DNA from: Clostridia bacterium
GTDB taxonomy: Bacteria; Bacillota; Clostridia; CAKSNL01; HGM11501
Direction of reading: 5' to 3'
Assembly (NCBI GenBank): GCA_045545475.1
Contig: JAZQAZ010000023.1
Span: 1 to 64,000, forward strand
Length of the DNA stretch: 64,000 bases
The notes beneath the pieces were generated by a model, which searched no databases, had not been told where the DNA came from, and saw only the letters and a list, made by a program, of their open reading frames with translations. The translations under genes and the position numbers were made by a program. Below, piece by piece: positions 35,332 through 45,289 of the stretch (its first letter is position 1; the number at the start of each line of letters is the position of its first letter).

Positions 35332-36078
35332 TTACTCTGCCTGTTCTTCAGCAGGAGCTTCTTCAACAGCAGCTTCTTCTGCGGGAGCAAAAGATTCGCC
35401 CTGTCTTCCTTCGATAACAGCGTTTGCCATAGCACCTGCGATAAGGCTTACGGCACGGATAGCGTCATCGTTACCGGGGATTACGTAATCAACTTCGTCG
35501 GGATCGCAGTTTGTATCAACGATAGCAACGATGGGAATGTGAAGCTTTCTTGCTTCTGCTACAGCGTTCTTTTCCTTCTTGGGGTCAACAACGAACATAG
35601 CAGCGGGAAGTCTCTTCATTTCCTTGATACCGCCAAGGTTGTCTTCAAGCTTCTTCCATTCGAGACGAAGCTTAATAACTTCCTTCTTGGGGAGAACATC
35701 GAATGTTCCGTCTTCTTCCATCTTCTGAAGCTGGAAGAGTCTTGCAATTCTTGTGGTGATGGTCTTGAAGTTTGTAAGCATACCGCCATACCATCTGGAA
35801 TTTACAAAGTACATACCGCATCTTAAAGCTTCTGCCTTAATAGCTTCCTGAGCCTGCTTCTTTGTACCAACGAAGAGGATGTCTCCGCCTTCAGCTGCAA
35901 TGCTCTTGATGAAGTCATAAGCTTCATTAGCCTTCTTTACGGTCTTTTCAAGGTTGATGATATAGATACCGTTTCTTTCGGTAAATATATACTCAGCCAT
36001 TTTGGGGTTCCAACGTCTGGTCTGATGTCCGAAGTGAACACCTGCTTCCAGAAGCTGTTTCATTGAGATTACTGACAT
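35332..36078 (-). CDS. rpsB: 30S ribosomal protein S2
   Basis: [26 protein letters not shown] and GNDDAIRA. Confidence 0.99.
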   Translation of the reverse strand: MSVISMKQLLEAGVHFGHQTRRWNPKMAEYIFTERNGIYIINLEKTVKKANEAYDFIKSIAAEGGDILFVGTKKQAQEAIKAEALRCGMYFVNSRWYGGMLTNFKTITTRIARLFQLQKMEEDGTFDVLPKKEVIKLRLEWKKLEDNLGGIKEMKRLPAAMFVVDPKKEKNAVAEARKLHIPIVAIVDTNCDPDEVDYVIPGNDDAIRAVSLIAGAMANAVIEGRQGESFAPAEEAAVEEAPAEEQAE

Positions 36079-36099
36079 AGTTAAACACTCCTTTTAGTT

Positions 36100-36175
36100 T
36101 TTTTATACCTCCGCCCTGCACCGTCCGCTACACCCTTTCGGGAACTAATCAGACTCATCAGAACGTGTGTATTTT
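36100..36175 (-). ncRNA. rpsB (S2) autoregulatory leader RNA
   Basis: 5' UTR reads ACACACG...CCCGAAAGGGUG...GGCGGAGGUAUAA, resembling the conserved S2 leader; promoter TTGACA (36221-36216)-17-TATAAT (36198-36193) lies upstream. Confidence 0.65.
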
Positions 36176-36235
36176 AATATTTAACCTATGAGATTATATC
36201 ATAAGGTTTTTTCCTTGTCAAGTATTTTTTTACAT

Positions 36236-37543
36236 TTAAAATAAATCATTTCTTTCCGCTTTCAGTGCCGTTATTTCCTTTACGGCGGCTTCTGCTACGG
36301 CGGCATAGCGTTCCTTTTTCTTTCTTATTTTGTGAAATTCGTGGCTGACTATTCCGAAATTTGCATTCATTGGCTGAAAATGCTCCGCATCACCGTTTGC
36401 CACATAGTAGGAAAGCGCGCCGGTAACAGTCCCCTTACCCGGCACAAAGCTTTCTTTTCCCGTAAGATAAGCATAGGCGTTTATTCCTGCAATGAGACCT
36501 GATACCGCCGATTCCACATAGCCTTCAACGCCGGTAATCTGTCCCGCAAAGAAAATATTTTCTCTGCCTTTGACAGAATAGTTTGCGTTAAGCACCTTAG
36601 GTCCGCAAAGGAAGGTATTTCTGTGCATTACACCATAGCGCAAAAACTCCGCATCGGCAAGACCGCCTATCATAGAAAACACTCTCTTCTGCTCGCCGAA
36701 CTTAAGGTTGGTCTGAAAGCCTACCATATTGTAAACTGTTCCCTCGGTATTATCACGGCGAAGCTGAACAACGGCGTGATAACGCTCCCCCGTTACTGGA
36801 TTTTCAAGTCCCACCGGCTTTAAGGGACCAAAGAGTAATGTTTCACTTCCACGCTTTGCCATAATTTCCACGGGCATACAGCCCTCAAAAACAGAAGGCT
36901 TTTCAATATCCTCGTGAAGAGGTGCCGTTTCAGCATTTATAAGTGCCTCGTAAAAGGCGTCATACTCTTCTTTGGTCATGGGGCAGTTTATGTAATCGGG
37001 AGTTCCCTTATCGTAGCGGCTTTTAAAATACGCCCTTGTCATATCAATGGAGTCAAAGCTGACTAAGGGTGCCGCCGCATCATAAAAGGACATAAAGCCT
37101 CCTGTGAGCTTTCCGATTTTCTCAGCCAATGCTCCGTCTGTCAAAGGCCCTGTTGCAATTATAACGCACTCATCTTCGGGAATGGAGGTTATCTCCTCTT
37201 CGATTACTTCTATGTTTTCGTTTTCCTTAATCTTTTTTGTTACGGTATCGGAAAACTTTTCCCTGTCTACTGCCAGTGCTCCCCCTGCCGGAACCTTTGT
37301 TTCGTCCGCCGAGGAAATTATAACTGAGTCCATTATTCTCATTTCCTCTTTAAGAAGTCCGCAGGCATTATCAAGGCTATCGCCTTTAAGAGAATTACTG
37401 CAGACAAGCTCCGCAAATCCGGAATATTTATGGGCAGGGGAAAACTTTTTAGGCTTCATTTCATAAAGCTTTACCTTTATGCCTCTTTTAGCTATCTGGT
37501 ATGCCGCCTCGCAACCCGCAAGACCTGCACCTATTACTATCAT
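36236..37543 (-). CDS. trmFO: Folate/FAD-dependent tRNA m5U54 methyltransferase TrmFO
   Basis: VIGAGLAGCEAA, ELVCSNS, FEGCMPVE, GVMHRNTF and AGQITGVEGY. Confidence 0.97.
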   Translation of the reverse strand: MIVIGAGLAGCEAAYQIAKRGIKVKLYEMKPKKFSPAHKYSGFAELVCSNSLKGDSLDNACGLLKEEMRIMDSVIISSADETKVPAGGALAVDREKFSDTVTKKIKENENIEVIEEEITSIPEDECVIIATGPLTDGALAEKIGKLTGGFMSFYDAAAPLVSFDSIDMTRAYFKSRYDKGTPDYINCPMTKEEYDAFYEALINAETAPLHEDIEKPSVFEGCMPVEIMAKRGSETLLFGPLKPVGLENPVTGERYHAVVQLRRDNTEGTVYNMVGFQTNLKFGEQKRVFSMIGGLADAEFLRYGVMHRNTFLCGPKVLNANYSVKGRENIFFAGQITGVEGYVESAVSGLIAGINAYAYLTGKESFVPGKGTVTGALSYYVANGDAEHFQPMNANFGIVSHEFHKIRKKKERYAAVAEAAVKEITALKAERNDLF

Positions 37544-37588
37544 AATATTTTTCCTTTCGAAAGATGCACCCGTAAAGGGTGCATCAGC

Positions 37589-39664
37589 TTACTTTTTATC
37601 CTTACCGCAGAATCTGTCGGAGCAGCGAACCACCGTTTCTCCTCTTACGGTTTTTGTTATCATCATCGAACCGCACTTTTCGCACTTTTCTCCCGTGGGC
37701 ATATCCCAGAGAAGGAAGTTACAGTCCTTGTTACGGCAGGGGTAATACTTTTTGCCCTTCTTTGAAAATCTTCCGATAATCATATCTCCGCACTCGGGGC
37801 ACTTCACGTTGGTTTCGTCCACAATCGCCTTAGTAAATGAGCAATCCGGGTAGCCGGGGCAGGCAAGGAATTTTCCGAATCTGCCGTTCTTTATTACCAT
37901 ATTTCTTCCGCAAAGCTCGCACTTCACGTCGGTTTCCTCATCCTGGATTGTAACCTTACTCATTTCTTCCTCGGCGACCTTTAAATCCTTTTCAAAGGGA
38001 GCGTAGAATTCTCCCACAACCTTGGTCCATTTTTCATTGCCTTCGCCAACCTTATCAAGGTCATCCTCCATATTTGCGGTAAACTCAATATCAACGATGC
38101 TCTTGAAATATTCTGTCAGCATATCGGTAATGATTTTTCCAAGCTCTGTGGGCTTTAACGCCTTCTTGTCTCGTTCAACATAACGACGGGCAAGAATGGT
38201 GGAAAGTGTGGGAGCGTAGGTTGAGGGTCTTCCTATTCCTGCTTCTTCCATCGCTTTGATTAATGACGCTTCGTTATAGCGTGCGGGAGGCTCTGTAAAG
38301 TGGCCTGTTGCCTCCAGCTTTTCCTCCGTTAAAACATCACCGGTATTAAGCACAGGAAGATGCTTTACGGTTTCTTCCGTATTGTCTGAATCTGTATAAA
38401 CCGCAAGATAGCCGGGGAACGCAAGCTCCCTTGCTCCTGCCTTGAAGTCTGCCTTATTGCAGGAAATTTCAGCATTTACTGTTTTATATACAGCAGAAGC
38501 CGCCTGGCTTGCGATAAAACGTGAGAAAATAAGCTTATACAGCTTAAACTCGTCGCCCTTAAGAGAGCCTTTGACCTCTTCGGGGGTAAGCATAGTGGTG
38601 GGACGGATTGCTTCATGAGCGTCCTGTGCACCTTTTTTTGTTTTATAGCTTCTTGCAGTTTTGGGTACATAAGCATCGCCGTATTTTGCCTTTATATATT
38701 CCCTTGCATTATCCTTTGCCTCATCAGAAATACGAAGAGAATCTGTTCTCATGTATGTGATAAGACCGAGAGTTCCCATTCCCTCTATGTCAACGCCCTC
38801 GTATAAAATCTGAGCCGCCGCCATGGTACGCTTTGCAGTAAAGCCAAGCTGCTTTGCCGCTTCCTGCTGCATGGAGCTTGTGGTAAAAGGAGGTTTAGGG
38901 GAAAGCTGCTTTTCAGAATACTTAACGTCATTTACGGTGTAAGTGCCGCCATTAATCATTTCCTTTATCTTTTCAGCGTCGCTCTCGGATTTCAAAGCCT
39001 TCTTCTTTCCGTCAACACCATGAAAATGTGCCTGGAAGGTTTCTTCTCCTTCTTTCTTAAGAAGTGCCGTAATGTTCCAGTATTCTTCAGGAACGAAAGC
39101 TTCAATCTCTCTTTCTCTGTCAACAACCATCTTTGTGGTTACAGACTGAACACGTCCTGCAGAAAGACCGGAACCGATTTTCGTCCATAAAAGGGGACTT
39201 AATTTATATCCCAAAAGTCTGTCAACAATTCTTCTTGCCTGCTGTGCATCAACCAGCGAAAGGTCAATGGCACGGGGTTTTTTAACAGCCTCGGATACCG
39301 CAGTTTTCGTTATCTCGTTAAAGGTTACACGGCAGTCAGACTTTTCGTCAATGCCCAGTATTGCCGCAATGTGCCATGCAATAGCCTCTCCTTCACGGTC
39401 AGGGTCTGTTGCGATGAATACTTTTTTGGCACTTTTAGCCGCCTTTTTCATTGCACTTGTAAGGTCGCCCTTACCCCTTATCGTGATATACTTAGGCTCA
39501 AAGTCCTTTTCCGTATCAATACCAAGCTGACTTTTCGGCAAATCCCTTAAGTGTCCCATTGACGCCATTACATTGTAGCCTCTGCCAAGATATTTCTTTA
39601 TTGTCTTCGCCTTTGCCGGAGACTCAACTATTAAAAGATTTGTCTTGCTTTTAGCTTTTTCCAT
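37589..39664 (-). CDS. topA: DNA topoisomerase I
   Basis: IVESPAKAKTI, ATDPDREGEAI, SAGRVQS, ITYMRTDS and C-terminal zinc ribbons. Confidence 0.98.
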   Translation of the reverse strand: MEKAKSKTNLLIVESPAKAKTIKKYLGRGYNVMASMGHLRDLPKSQLGIDTEKDFEPKYITIRGKGDLTSAMKKAAKSAKKVFIATDPDREGEAIAWHIAAILGIDEKSDCRVTFNEITKTAVSEAVKKPRAIDLSLVDAQQARRIVDRLLGYKLSPLLWTKIGSGLSAGRVQSVTTKMVVDREREIEAFVPEEYWNITALLKKEGEETFQAHFHGVDGKKKALKSESDAEKIKEMINGGTYTVNDVKYSEKQLSPKPPFTTSSMQQEAAKQLGFTAKRTMAAAQILYEGVDIEGMGTLGLITYMRTDSLRISDEAKDNAREYIKAKYGDAYVPKTARSYKTKKGAQDAHEAIRPTTMLTPEEVKGSLKGDEFKLYKLIFSRFIASQAASAVYKTVNAEISCNKADFKAGARELAFPGYLAVYTDSDNTEETVKHLPVLNTGDVLTEEKLEATGHFTEPPARYNEASLIKAMEEAGIGRPSTYAPTLSTILARRYVERDKKALKPTELGKIITDMLTEYFKSIVDIEFTANMEDDLDKVGEGNEKWTKVVGEFYAPFEKDLKVAEEEMSKVTIQDEETDVKCELCGRNMVIKNGRFGKFLACPGYPDCSFTKAIVDETNVKCPECGDMIIGRFSKKGKKYYPCRNKDCNFLLWDMPTGEKCEKCGSMMITKTVRGETVVRCSDRFCGKDKK

Positions 39665-39698
39665 TTTTCAATCTTCAACCTTTCTATATATAAACAAC

Positions 39699-40838
39699 TT
39701 AATTTACAGAATATTTTCCGTCCGGCATCATTTTAACCTTTCCCGAAACCTCTAAAATAATGAGAGTGGATGCAACCCACTTAAAAGGTCTTCCGCTTTT
39801 CTCCGAAAGCTCCTGGGATGTAAGCGGTTCTTTTTTCAGAAGTTCTAGGAGTGCAAGCATATTATCGCTTTCGTTTTCGCCCTGACGCACAGCAGTTTTT
39901 CCCGATGTTTTCTTTTCAGGTTTTATTTCGGGGCCTTTTTCTTCCTTTATTTCTTCTTTTTTGGGTACTGATGCTATATATTCCGAAACAAAACCCTCTG
40001 TATCGGTAATCATAGTTGCCCCTTCATTTATTAATGCAAAGCAACCCTTTGATTCCTCAATGTCAATTCTTCCCGGAACGGCTGCAACGCATTTACCGTA
40101 TTCCATGGCAAGATGTGCGGTTATAAGTGCTCCGCTCTTTTCTCCTGCCTGAACCATTACGGTAAGGTCCGAAAGGCCTGCCATAATCCTGTTTCTTACG
40201 GGGAAGTATCCCGAAAGTGCAGGGGTTCCGAATTCAAACTCCGAAATAACAGCTCCGCCGTTTTCTATAATCTTACTTCTGAAATCAGCACTTCCGGAAG
40301 GATAATCCACATCCATACCGCAGCAAAGAACCCCTATTGCCTTTCCTCCTGTGGCAATGGCACCAAGCATGGAAGACTGATCAATCCCCTGTGCCATACC
40401 GGACACTATTGTATATCCTGCCTGAGCAAAAGCAGATGACAAATCACGGCTTATATTCATGCCGTAGCTGTCAGCCTTTCTGCTTCCCACCATAGTGACG
40501 GAAGGTGTATTAAGAACTCGCCTGTCTCCTGCCACATATAAAATGAGCGGAGGCTCCGGGATGGAACGTAAGCTTTCGGGATATGCCTTACTGAAGTAAT
40601 CCACAAGATAAACTCTCGCCCTATTGCAACGTTCAACCTCTGCCGATACAAACGAAGTATCTTTATTGATAAGATATTCAATTTCCTTGTCATTAAACAT
40701 TCCGCATTCTTCGTATGCTTCTTTATCTGCTTTGTATAATTCCTCAGGAGAGGAAAAATATTCAATTGCATCTAAAAACTTAGCATTGGACGAAATACCC
40801 ATATGCTTAAGCCAAAGGAGATATTCCACTCTGTGCAT
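39699..40838 (-). CDS. dprA: DNA-processing protein DprA
   Basis: MVGSR, IVSGMAQGID, FPVRNRIMAGLS, SGALITA and AVPG; start moved to MHRVEY. Confidence 0.95.
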   Translation of the reverse strand: MHRVEYLLWLKHMGISSNAKFLDAIEYFSSPEELYKADKEAYEECGMFNDKEIEYLINKDTSFVSAEVERCNRARVYLVDYFSKAYPESLRSIPEPPLILYVAGDRRVLNTPSVTMVGSRKADSYGMNISRDLSSAFAQAGYTIVSGMAQGIDQSSMLGAIATGGKAIGVLCCGMDVDYPSGSADFRSKIIENGGAVISEFEFGTPALSGYFPVRNRIMAGLSDLTVMVQAGEKSGALITAHLAMEYGKCVAAVPGRIDIEESKGCFALINEGATMITDTEGFVSEYIASVPKKEEIKEEKGPEIKPEKKTSGKTAVRQGENESDNMLALLELLKKEPLTSQELSEKSGRPFKWVASTLIILEVSGKVKMMPDGKYSVN

Positions 40839-40996
40839 TTCTTTCATCCTTTTCATTTTACCTATATATTTTATAAAGTACAACAAAAATTCCGATTTGT
40901 AAAGAAAAATTTTTTTCTTTTTTTGAGAATTTTTAAAAATAAGGCGAATATAATACCATAAAAAACTTGTCTTATCAAGCCTTCCAGGAGTTTTTT

Positions 40997-41668
40997 ATGC
41001 CACTTATTTATTTATCAGAAAATAATTCTTTAAGTAAAAAAGTACTAAAGCTTCCCTTTTCCGGTAAGGATGTAAGCATGTTTGAACTTCCTTTTAAAAA
41101 AATGAGAAAAAGAGCGATAGCTAACTTTCGCGAGAGGTTGATAAGCACTGATGCTCTCTTTTTATCCTCTCCTCGCCTTTCTTCTTTGCTTCCGGAAAGA
41201 AGTGCTGATACTAAAGCTTTCTTTTATTCCGTCATAATAGCCACTTTATGTTCTGTAATAAAAAGGAAGAATATTTTATACGACAGACTGGTTATCATAA
41301 ATCCCACTGAGGAAATTGTACTTTCGGCCATAGATAACTTCCCGGAGATTGCCTTATCTGGAGACAATGCTCTTCTTATAGCAAGTAGAATATATGAAGC
41401 GGCAGGCGTGTCTATACCGATAGTTTCAGGCTATGACTTCAAAAACATCGTATTATGCATGACAAAAGTCCCGGTCTCCACATGTTCATTTGCCGTAGGG
41501 TACGATATAGAAGCAGGAGAAAACTCTCTGTCCGGCCAATCCTTAAAATTCTATCCCGAAAACAAATATTCGCCAATAGTATCTTTGTTGAAGCGACCAC
41601 TCACATTGAAAGAAGCCGCCCTCTTGGCAGAATATGATAAAAAAGCTACATTTAAAACGGTGTTTTAA
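40997..41668 (+). CDS. Hypothetical protein
   Basis: 223-aa ORF with SD GGAG filling the dprA-greA gap; no recognised motif. Confidence 0.6.
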   Translation: MPLIYLSENNSLSKKVLKLPFSGKDVSMFELPFKKMRKRAIANFRERLISTDALFLSSPRLSSLLPERSADTKAFFYSVIIATLCSVIKRKNILYDRLVIINPTEEIVLSAIDNFPEIALSGDNALLIASRIYEAAGVSIPIVSGYDFKNIVLCMTKVPVSTCSFAVGYDIEAGENSLSGQSLKFYPENKYSPIVSLLKRPLTLKEAALLAEYDKKATFKTVF

Positions 41669-41676
41669 AATTAAGG

Positions 41677-41705
41677 TTGACAAATTCATTTTTATAGGGT
41701 ATAAT
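41677..41705 (+). promoter_or_regulatory. sigmaA promoter of greA
   Basis: TTGACA-17 nt-TATAAT. Confidence 0.75.
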
Positions 41706-41749
41706 TCAAGCATTAATGCCTTCGGGCAAAAAAGGAGAATTCACTTAAC

Positions 41750-42220
41750 ATGGCAAAGGAATATGTATTAACCCGCGAAGGTCTCGCGAAACTTAAGGAG
41801 GAGCTTGAATACAAAAGAACCGTAGGCAGAAAAGAAGCTGCAGAACATCTTAAAGAAGCACGTTCCTACGGCGATTTATCCGAAAACAGCGAATACGATG
41901 AAGCTAAAGATTCTCAGGCAAAGCTTGAAGCAAGAATTGCCGAAATAGAAGAAATGCTTAAAAACGTAAAGCTCTTGGAGGATGCCGAAAGAACTGAAGG
42001 TGTTGTAGGTATCGGTTCAACAGTTGTTTGCATTAACAAATCTTATGACACGGAAATCGAATACAGCATAGTAGGCAGTGCAGAGGCAGATCCCCTTAAC
42101 AACAAGATTTCTGATGAATCTCCCATCGGTCAGGCTTTAATCGGTTCAAAAGTCGGAGAAACTATTACGGTTGCTGCTCCAATGGGCGATATTGAGTTTG
42201 AAATCAAAGAAGTAAAATAA
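41750..42220 (+). CDS. greA: Transcription elongation factor GreA
   Basis: ARSYGDLSENSEYDEAK and ISDESPIGQAL. Confidence 0.98.
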   Translation: MAKEYVLTREGLAKLKEELEYKRTVGRKEAAEHLKEARSYGDLSENSEYDEAKDSQAKLEARIAEIEEMLKNVKLLEDAERTEGVVGIGSTVVCINKSYDTEIEYSIVGSAEADPLNNKISDESPIGQALIGSKVGETITVAAPMGDIEFEIKEVK

Positions 42221-42293
42221 CATCTGAGCTTAGACATTCGGGGCGGATTAAAATCCGCCCTATGATTTTTAACAGACAATTTAAGGTGATTTC

Positions 42294-42941
42294 ATGGACA
42301 AAATTGTACCGGAATATATGGAAGAATATTTAAGGTGTCTTCTCCCCGAAAGAGACGCCTTTTTGTCGTCTCTGGAAAAAGAGGCTGCAGACACCGAAAC
42401 CTATGCTCCCATAATTGAGCCTGAGGTTGCCAACCTTCTTACGGTTCTTATAAAAATCACAAAACCAAAAAGAATTTTAGAGCTTGGAACTGCCATAGGT
42501 TATTCGTCAATCGTCATGGCACGGGCCATGGGAGAAGGCGAAATTATTACGGTCGAAAGATATTCGGTTGCTTATGAGAGGGCCATTGCAAATATCAAAA
42601 AAGCCGGTCTCTCACACATAATAAAGCCGGTTCTTGAAGATGCATCAAGTGTATTAAACTGGCTTGATCCCCCCTTTGACATGATTTTCATGGATGCAGC
42701 AAAGGGACAGTATATGGATTTTCTGCCTCAGTGTTTAAGGCTTCTTAAAAATGGCGGAATATTAGTATCCGATGACGTATTATACAAAGGTGAGGTTACC
42801 GAAGCTATATCCACGGAAAAGAGAAAAGTCACACTGGTTAACCGTTTAGGAAAATATTTGGAACATATATCCGACACAGAAGGTCTTTCAACAACAGTTC
42901 TCCCCATAGGAAACGGTGTTGCAATTTCACTAAAGGAGTAA
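42294..42941 (+). CDS. O-methyltransferase (YrrM/TrmR-like, tRNA ho5U methyltransferase)
   Basis: ILELGTAIGYS and FDMIFMDAAKGQY; adjacent to a U32 gene as in B. subtilis yrrM-yrrN-yrrO. Confidence 0.85.
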   Translation: MDKIVPEYMEEYLRCLLPERDAFLSSLEKEAADTETYAPIIEPEVANLLTVLIKITKPKRILELGTAIGYSSIVMARAMGEGEIITVERYSVAYERAIANIKKAGLSHIIKPVLEDASSVLNWLDPPFDMIFMDAAKGQYMDFLPQCLRLLKNGGILVSDDVLYKGEVTEAISTEKRKVTLVNRLGKYLEHISDTEGLSTTVLPIGNGVAISLKE

Positions 42942-42945
42942 AGCA

Positions 42946-44154
42946 ATGAGAAAAATTGAGCTTTTGGCCCCTGCGGGCGATTTGAATCGTTTGAAGGTTG
43001 CCATAGAATATGGTGCAGATGCGGTATATCTTGGCGGAGAACAGTACTCCCTCCGCTCGGCTGCCGTAAACTTCACTCACGATGAACTTAAAGAAGGAAT
43101 AAACTATGCTCACGAACGGGGAAAGAAGGTATATGTTGCCCTGAACATCATTCCCCACAACAGAGACCTTGACCTTATGGAAGACTTCGTAAAAGAAGTA
43201 CATTCCCTTGGAGCGGATGCGGTTATAGTATCTGACCTTGGCGTTATGGAAGTAGTCAAAGCTGCTGCTCCCGGTCTTGAAATCCACATAAGCACTCAGG
43301 CAAGCGTAACCAACTACAGAACCGTTGATATGTATAAAAAGCTTGGGGCATCACGTGTGGTTTTGGCCCGTGAACTGTCTCTTTCAGAAATAAGCGAAAT
43401 CCACGAGAAGACAGATTGTGAGCTGGAAGTTTTCTGTCATGGTGCCATCTGTATGTCCTATTCAGGTCGCTGCCTTTTGAGCAATTATCTTGCGGGCCGT
43501 GACGGTAATATGGGCGAATGTGCTCAGCCCTGTCGCTGGCAATATTATGTAATGGAAGAAAAGCGTGAAGGAATGTATCTTCCCATAATGGAAACAGAGC
43601 GAGGAACCTTCGTCTTTAATTCCAAAGATATGTGCATGATAGAACATATTGACGATTTATTCAAATGTGGTGCCGCAAGCATAAAAATTGAAGGCCGAAT
43701 CAAAACTGCTTACTATGTTGCAACTGTTGTAAAGTCTTATCGAGCAGCAATTGATGCCTACATGGCAAATCCCGATAACTGGTACAAAGAATATTATAAG
43801 ACAGAACTTGAAAAGGTCAGTCACAGAATGTATGATACGGGATTTTTCTATGGTCGCCCCGAAGAAATTTATGCTGACGGCTCATACATCAGAAACTACG
43901 ATGTAATTGCAACCGTGGATTCTTACGATGATAAAACCGGCATTGCAACACTTACAATGCTTAATAAATTTTCTCTCGGAGAAGAACTCGAGGTTATGGA
44001 ACCACAGGGAGATTTCTGGATTCAGAAAATCACATATATGGAAGATATTGACAAAAAATCAATTGAAACCGCAAACCATGCTGAAATGAAGGTACTTCTT
44101 AAAACAGACAAACCCGTTTCCACCTTCGCATTTTTCAGACGCAAACGTGCATAA
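42946..44154 (+). CDS. Peptidase U32 family protein (TrhP-like tRNA hydroxylation protein)
   Basis: ELLAPAG, GADAVY, HGAICMSYSGRC..CAQPCRW and KIEGR. Confidence 0.92.
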   Translation: MRKIELLAPAGDLNRLKVAIEYGADAVYLGGEQYSLRSAAVNFTHDELKEGINYAHERGKKVYVALNIIPHNRDLDLMEDFVKEVHSLGADAVIVSDLGVMEVVKAAAPGLEIHISTQASVTNYRTVDMYKKLGASRVVLARELSLSEISEIHEKTDCELEVFCHGAICMSYSGRCLLSNYLAGRDGNMGECAQPCRWQYYVMEEKREGMYLPIMETERGTFVFNSKDMCMIEHIDDLFKCGAASIKIEGRIKTAYYVATVVKSYRAAIDAYMANPDNWYKEYYKTELEKVSHRMYDTGFFYGRPEEIYADGSYIRNYDVIATVDSYDDKTGIATLTMLNKFSLGEELEVMEPQGDFWIQKITYMEDIDKKSIETANHAEMKVLLKTDKPVSTFAFFRRKRA

Positions 44155-44216
44155 ATTATTATTGACATAACCAATAATATGCTCTATAATATATTTAGCT
44201 AAAGGAGGTGGCTATA

Positions 44217-44420
44217 ATGGCTAAAATTACAAAGGACACAATCATTGCAGACGTATTAAAAATCGATCAGGGCACTGCTCCTTTCTTCCTTGAAATAGGC
44301 ATGCATTGTCTCACCTGCCCCGGTGCAATCGGCGAAACAGTTGAGGAAGCTTGCATGGTTCACGGAGTTGACTGCGACGAGCTCTTAAATAAGCTTAACA
44401 CTTATCTGGAAAGCAAATAA
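44217..44420 (+). CDS. DUF1858 small redox protein (CxxC)
   Basis: ITKDTII..GMHCLTCP..ETVEEAC.VHG; own promoter TTGACA (44162)-17-TATAAT and terminator at 44425-44458. Confidence 0.85.
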   Translation: MAKITKDTIIADVLKIDQGTAPFFLEIGMHCLTCPGAIGETVEEACMVHGVDCDELLNKLNTYLESK

Positions 44421-44533
44421 AACCAAAAGGCGACTGAAAATGTTTCAGTCGCTTTTTTCTTGACCTTTTATCTCGGTAGTGGTATAATATAATGAAGTTA
44501 ATTCTAAAAATACATTTCCGGAGGGATTAATCG

Positions 44534-45268
44534 ATGGAAAAAATTGATATATTCGGTGTAAAAATAGATAATGTAACTATGGACAGTGCCATGGAAAAAG
44601 TGGCATCATGGCTCTCCGGAGATAAGAGAGGATATGCTATATACACTCCAAATTCCGAAATTATCATGGCTGCAAAAAAGGACCATGAATTCAAAGAATT
44701 ATTAAACTCCGCTGATATGACAACTCCAGACGGAATAGGCGTTGTAAAAGCCGCAGGCATATTGGGAACTCCTCTCCCGGAACGAGTGGGAGGTTTCGAT
44801 TTGACCTGCCGTGTAGTTGAATATCTCAACGAAAATAAAATGAGTCTTTTCATTTTAGGCGGTAAACCCGGAGTTGCTGAAACAGCTGCCGAAAATTTAA
44901 AGAAGCAATACCCCGACCTTGTGATCGCAGGAACTAACGACGGATATTTTAAGGAAGACGAACCTATCGTTATGAAGGTTGCTACCTCTGCCCCGGATTA
45001 TCTTATGGTTTGTCTGGGTGCTCCGAAACAGGAAAAATTCATCGCCGCCTATAAGGATAAACTTAATGCTAAGGTTATGATAGGTGCCGGAGGTAGTGCA
45101 GACGTATTCGCCGGAACAATGGCAAGAGCACCTGAATTTTTCATAAAGCATAACTTAGAATGGCTTTACAGAATTGTAAAAGCAAAAAGACTTAAGAGAA
45201 GTTTATCCCTTTTCGCTTTTGCCGGAAGCGTTTTTAAGCACCGTATAGTTCACGGCAAAAACAAATAA
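44534..45268 (+). CDS. tagA: WecB/TagA/CpsF family glycosyltransferase (N-acetylmannosaminyltransferase-like)
   Basis: YTPNSE, PDGIGVV, ERVGGFDL, LGAPKQE and LEWLYR. Confidence 0.9.
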   Translation: MEKIDIFGVKIDNVTMDSAMEKVASWLSGDKRGYAIYTPNSEIIMAAKKDHEFKELLNSADMTTPDGIGVVKAAGILGTPLPERVGGFDLTCRVVEYLNENKMSLFILGGKPGVAETAAENLKKQYPDLVIAGTNDGYFKEDEPIVMKVATSAPDYLMVCLGAPKQEKFIAAYKDKLNAKVMIGAGGSADVFAGTMARAPEFFIKHNLEWLYRIVKAKRLKRSLSLFAFAGSVFKHRIVHGKNK

Positions 45269-45289
45269 AAGTTGAAAGGAGAATTCCCC

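Noticed and set aside
34427-40838. dprA-topA-trmFO-rpsB-tsf without xerC/hslVU/codY or pyrH-frr
   Set aside because: Ordinary synteny variation among Clostridia; no mobile-element scar seen.
42294-44154. O-methyltransferase plus U32 peptidase as a novel system
   Set aside because: Matches the known TrmR/TrhP-type tRNA wobble uridine modification pair.
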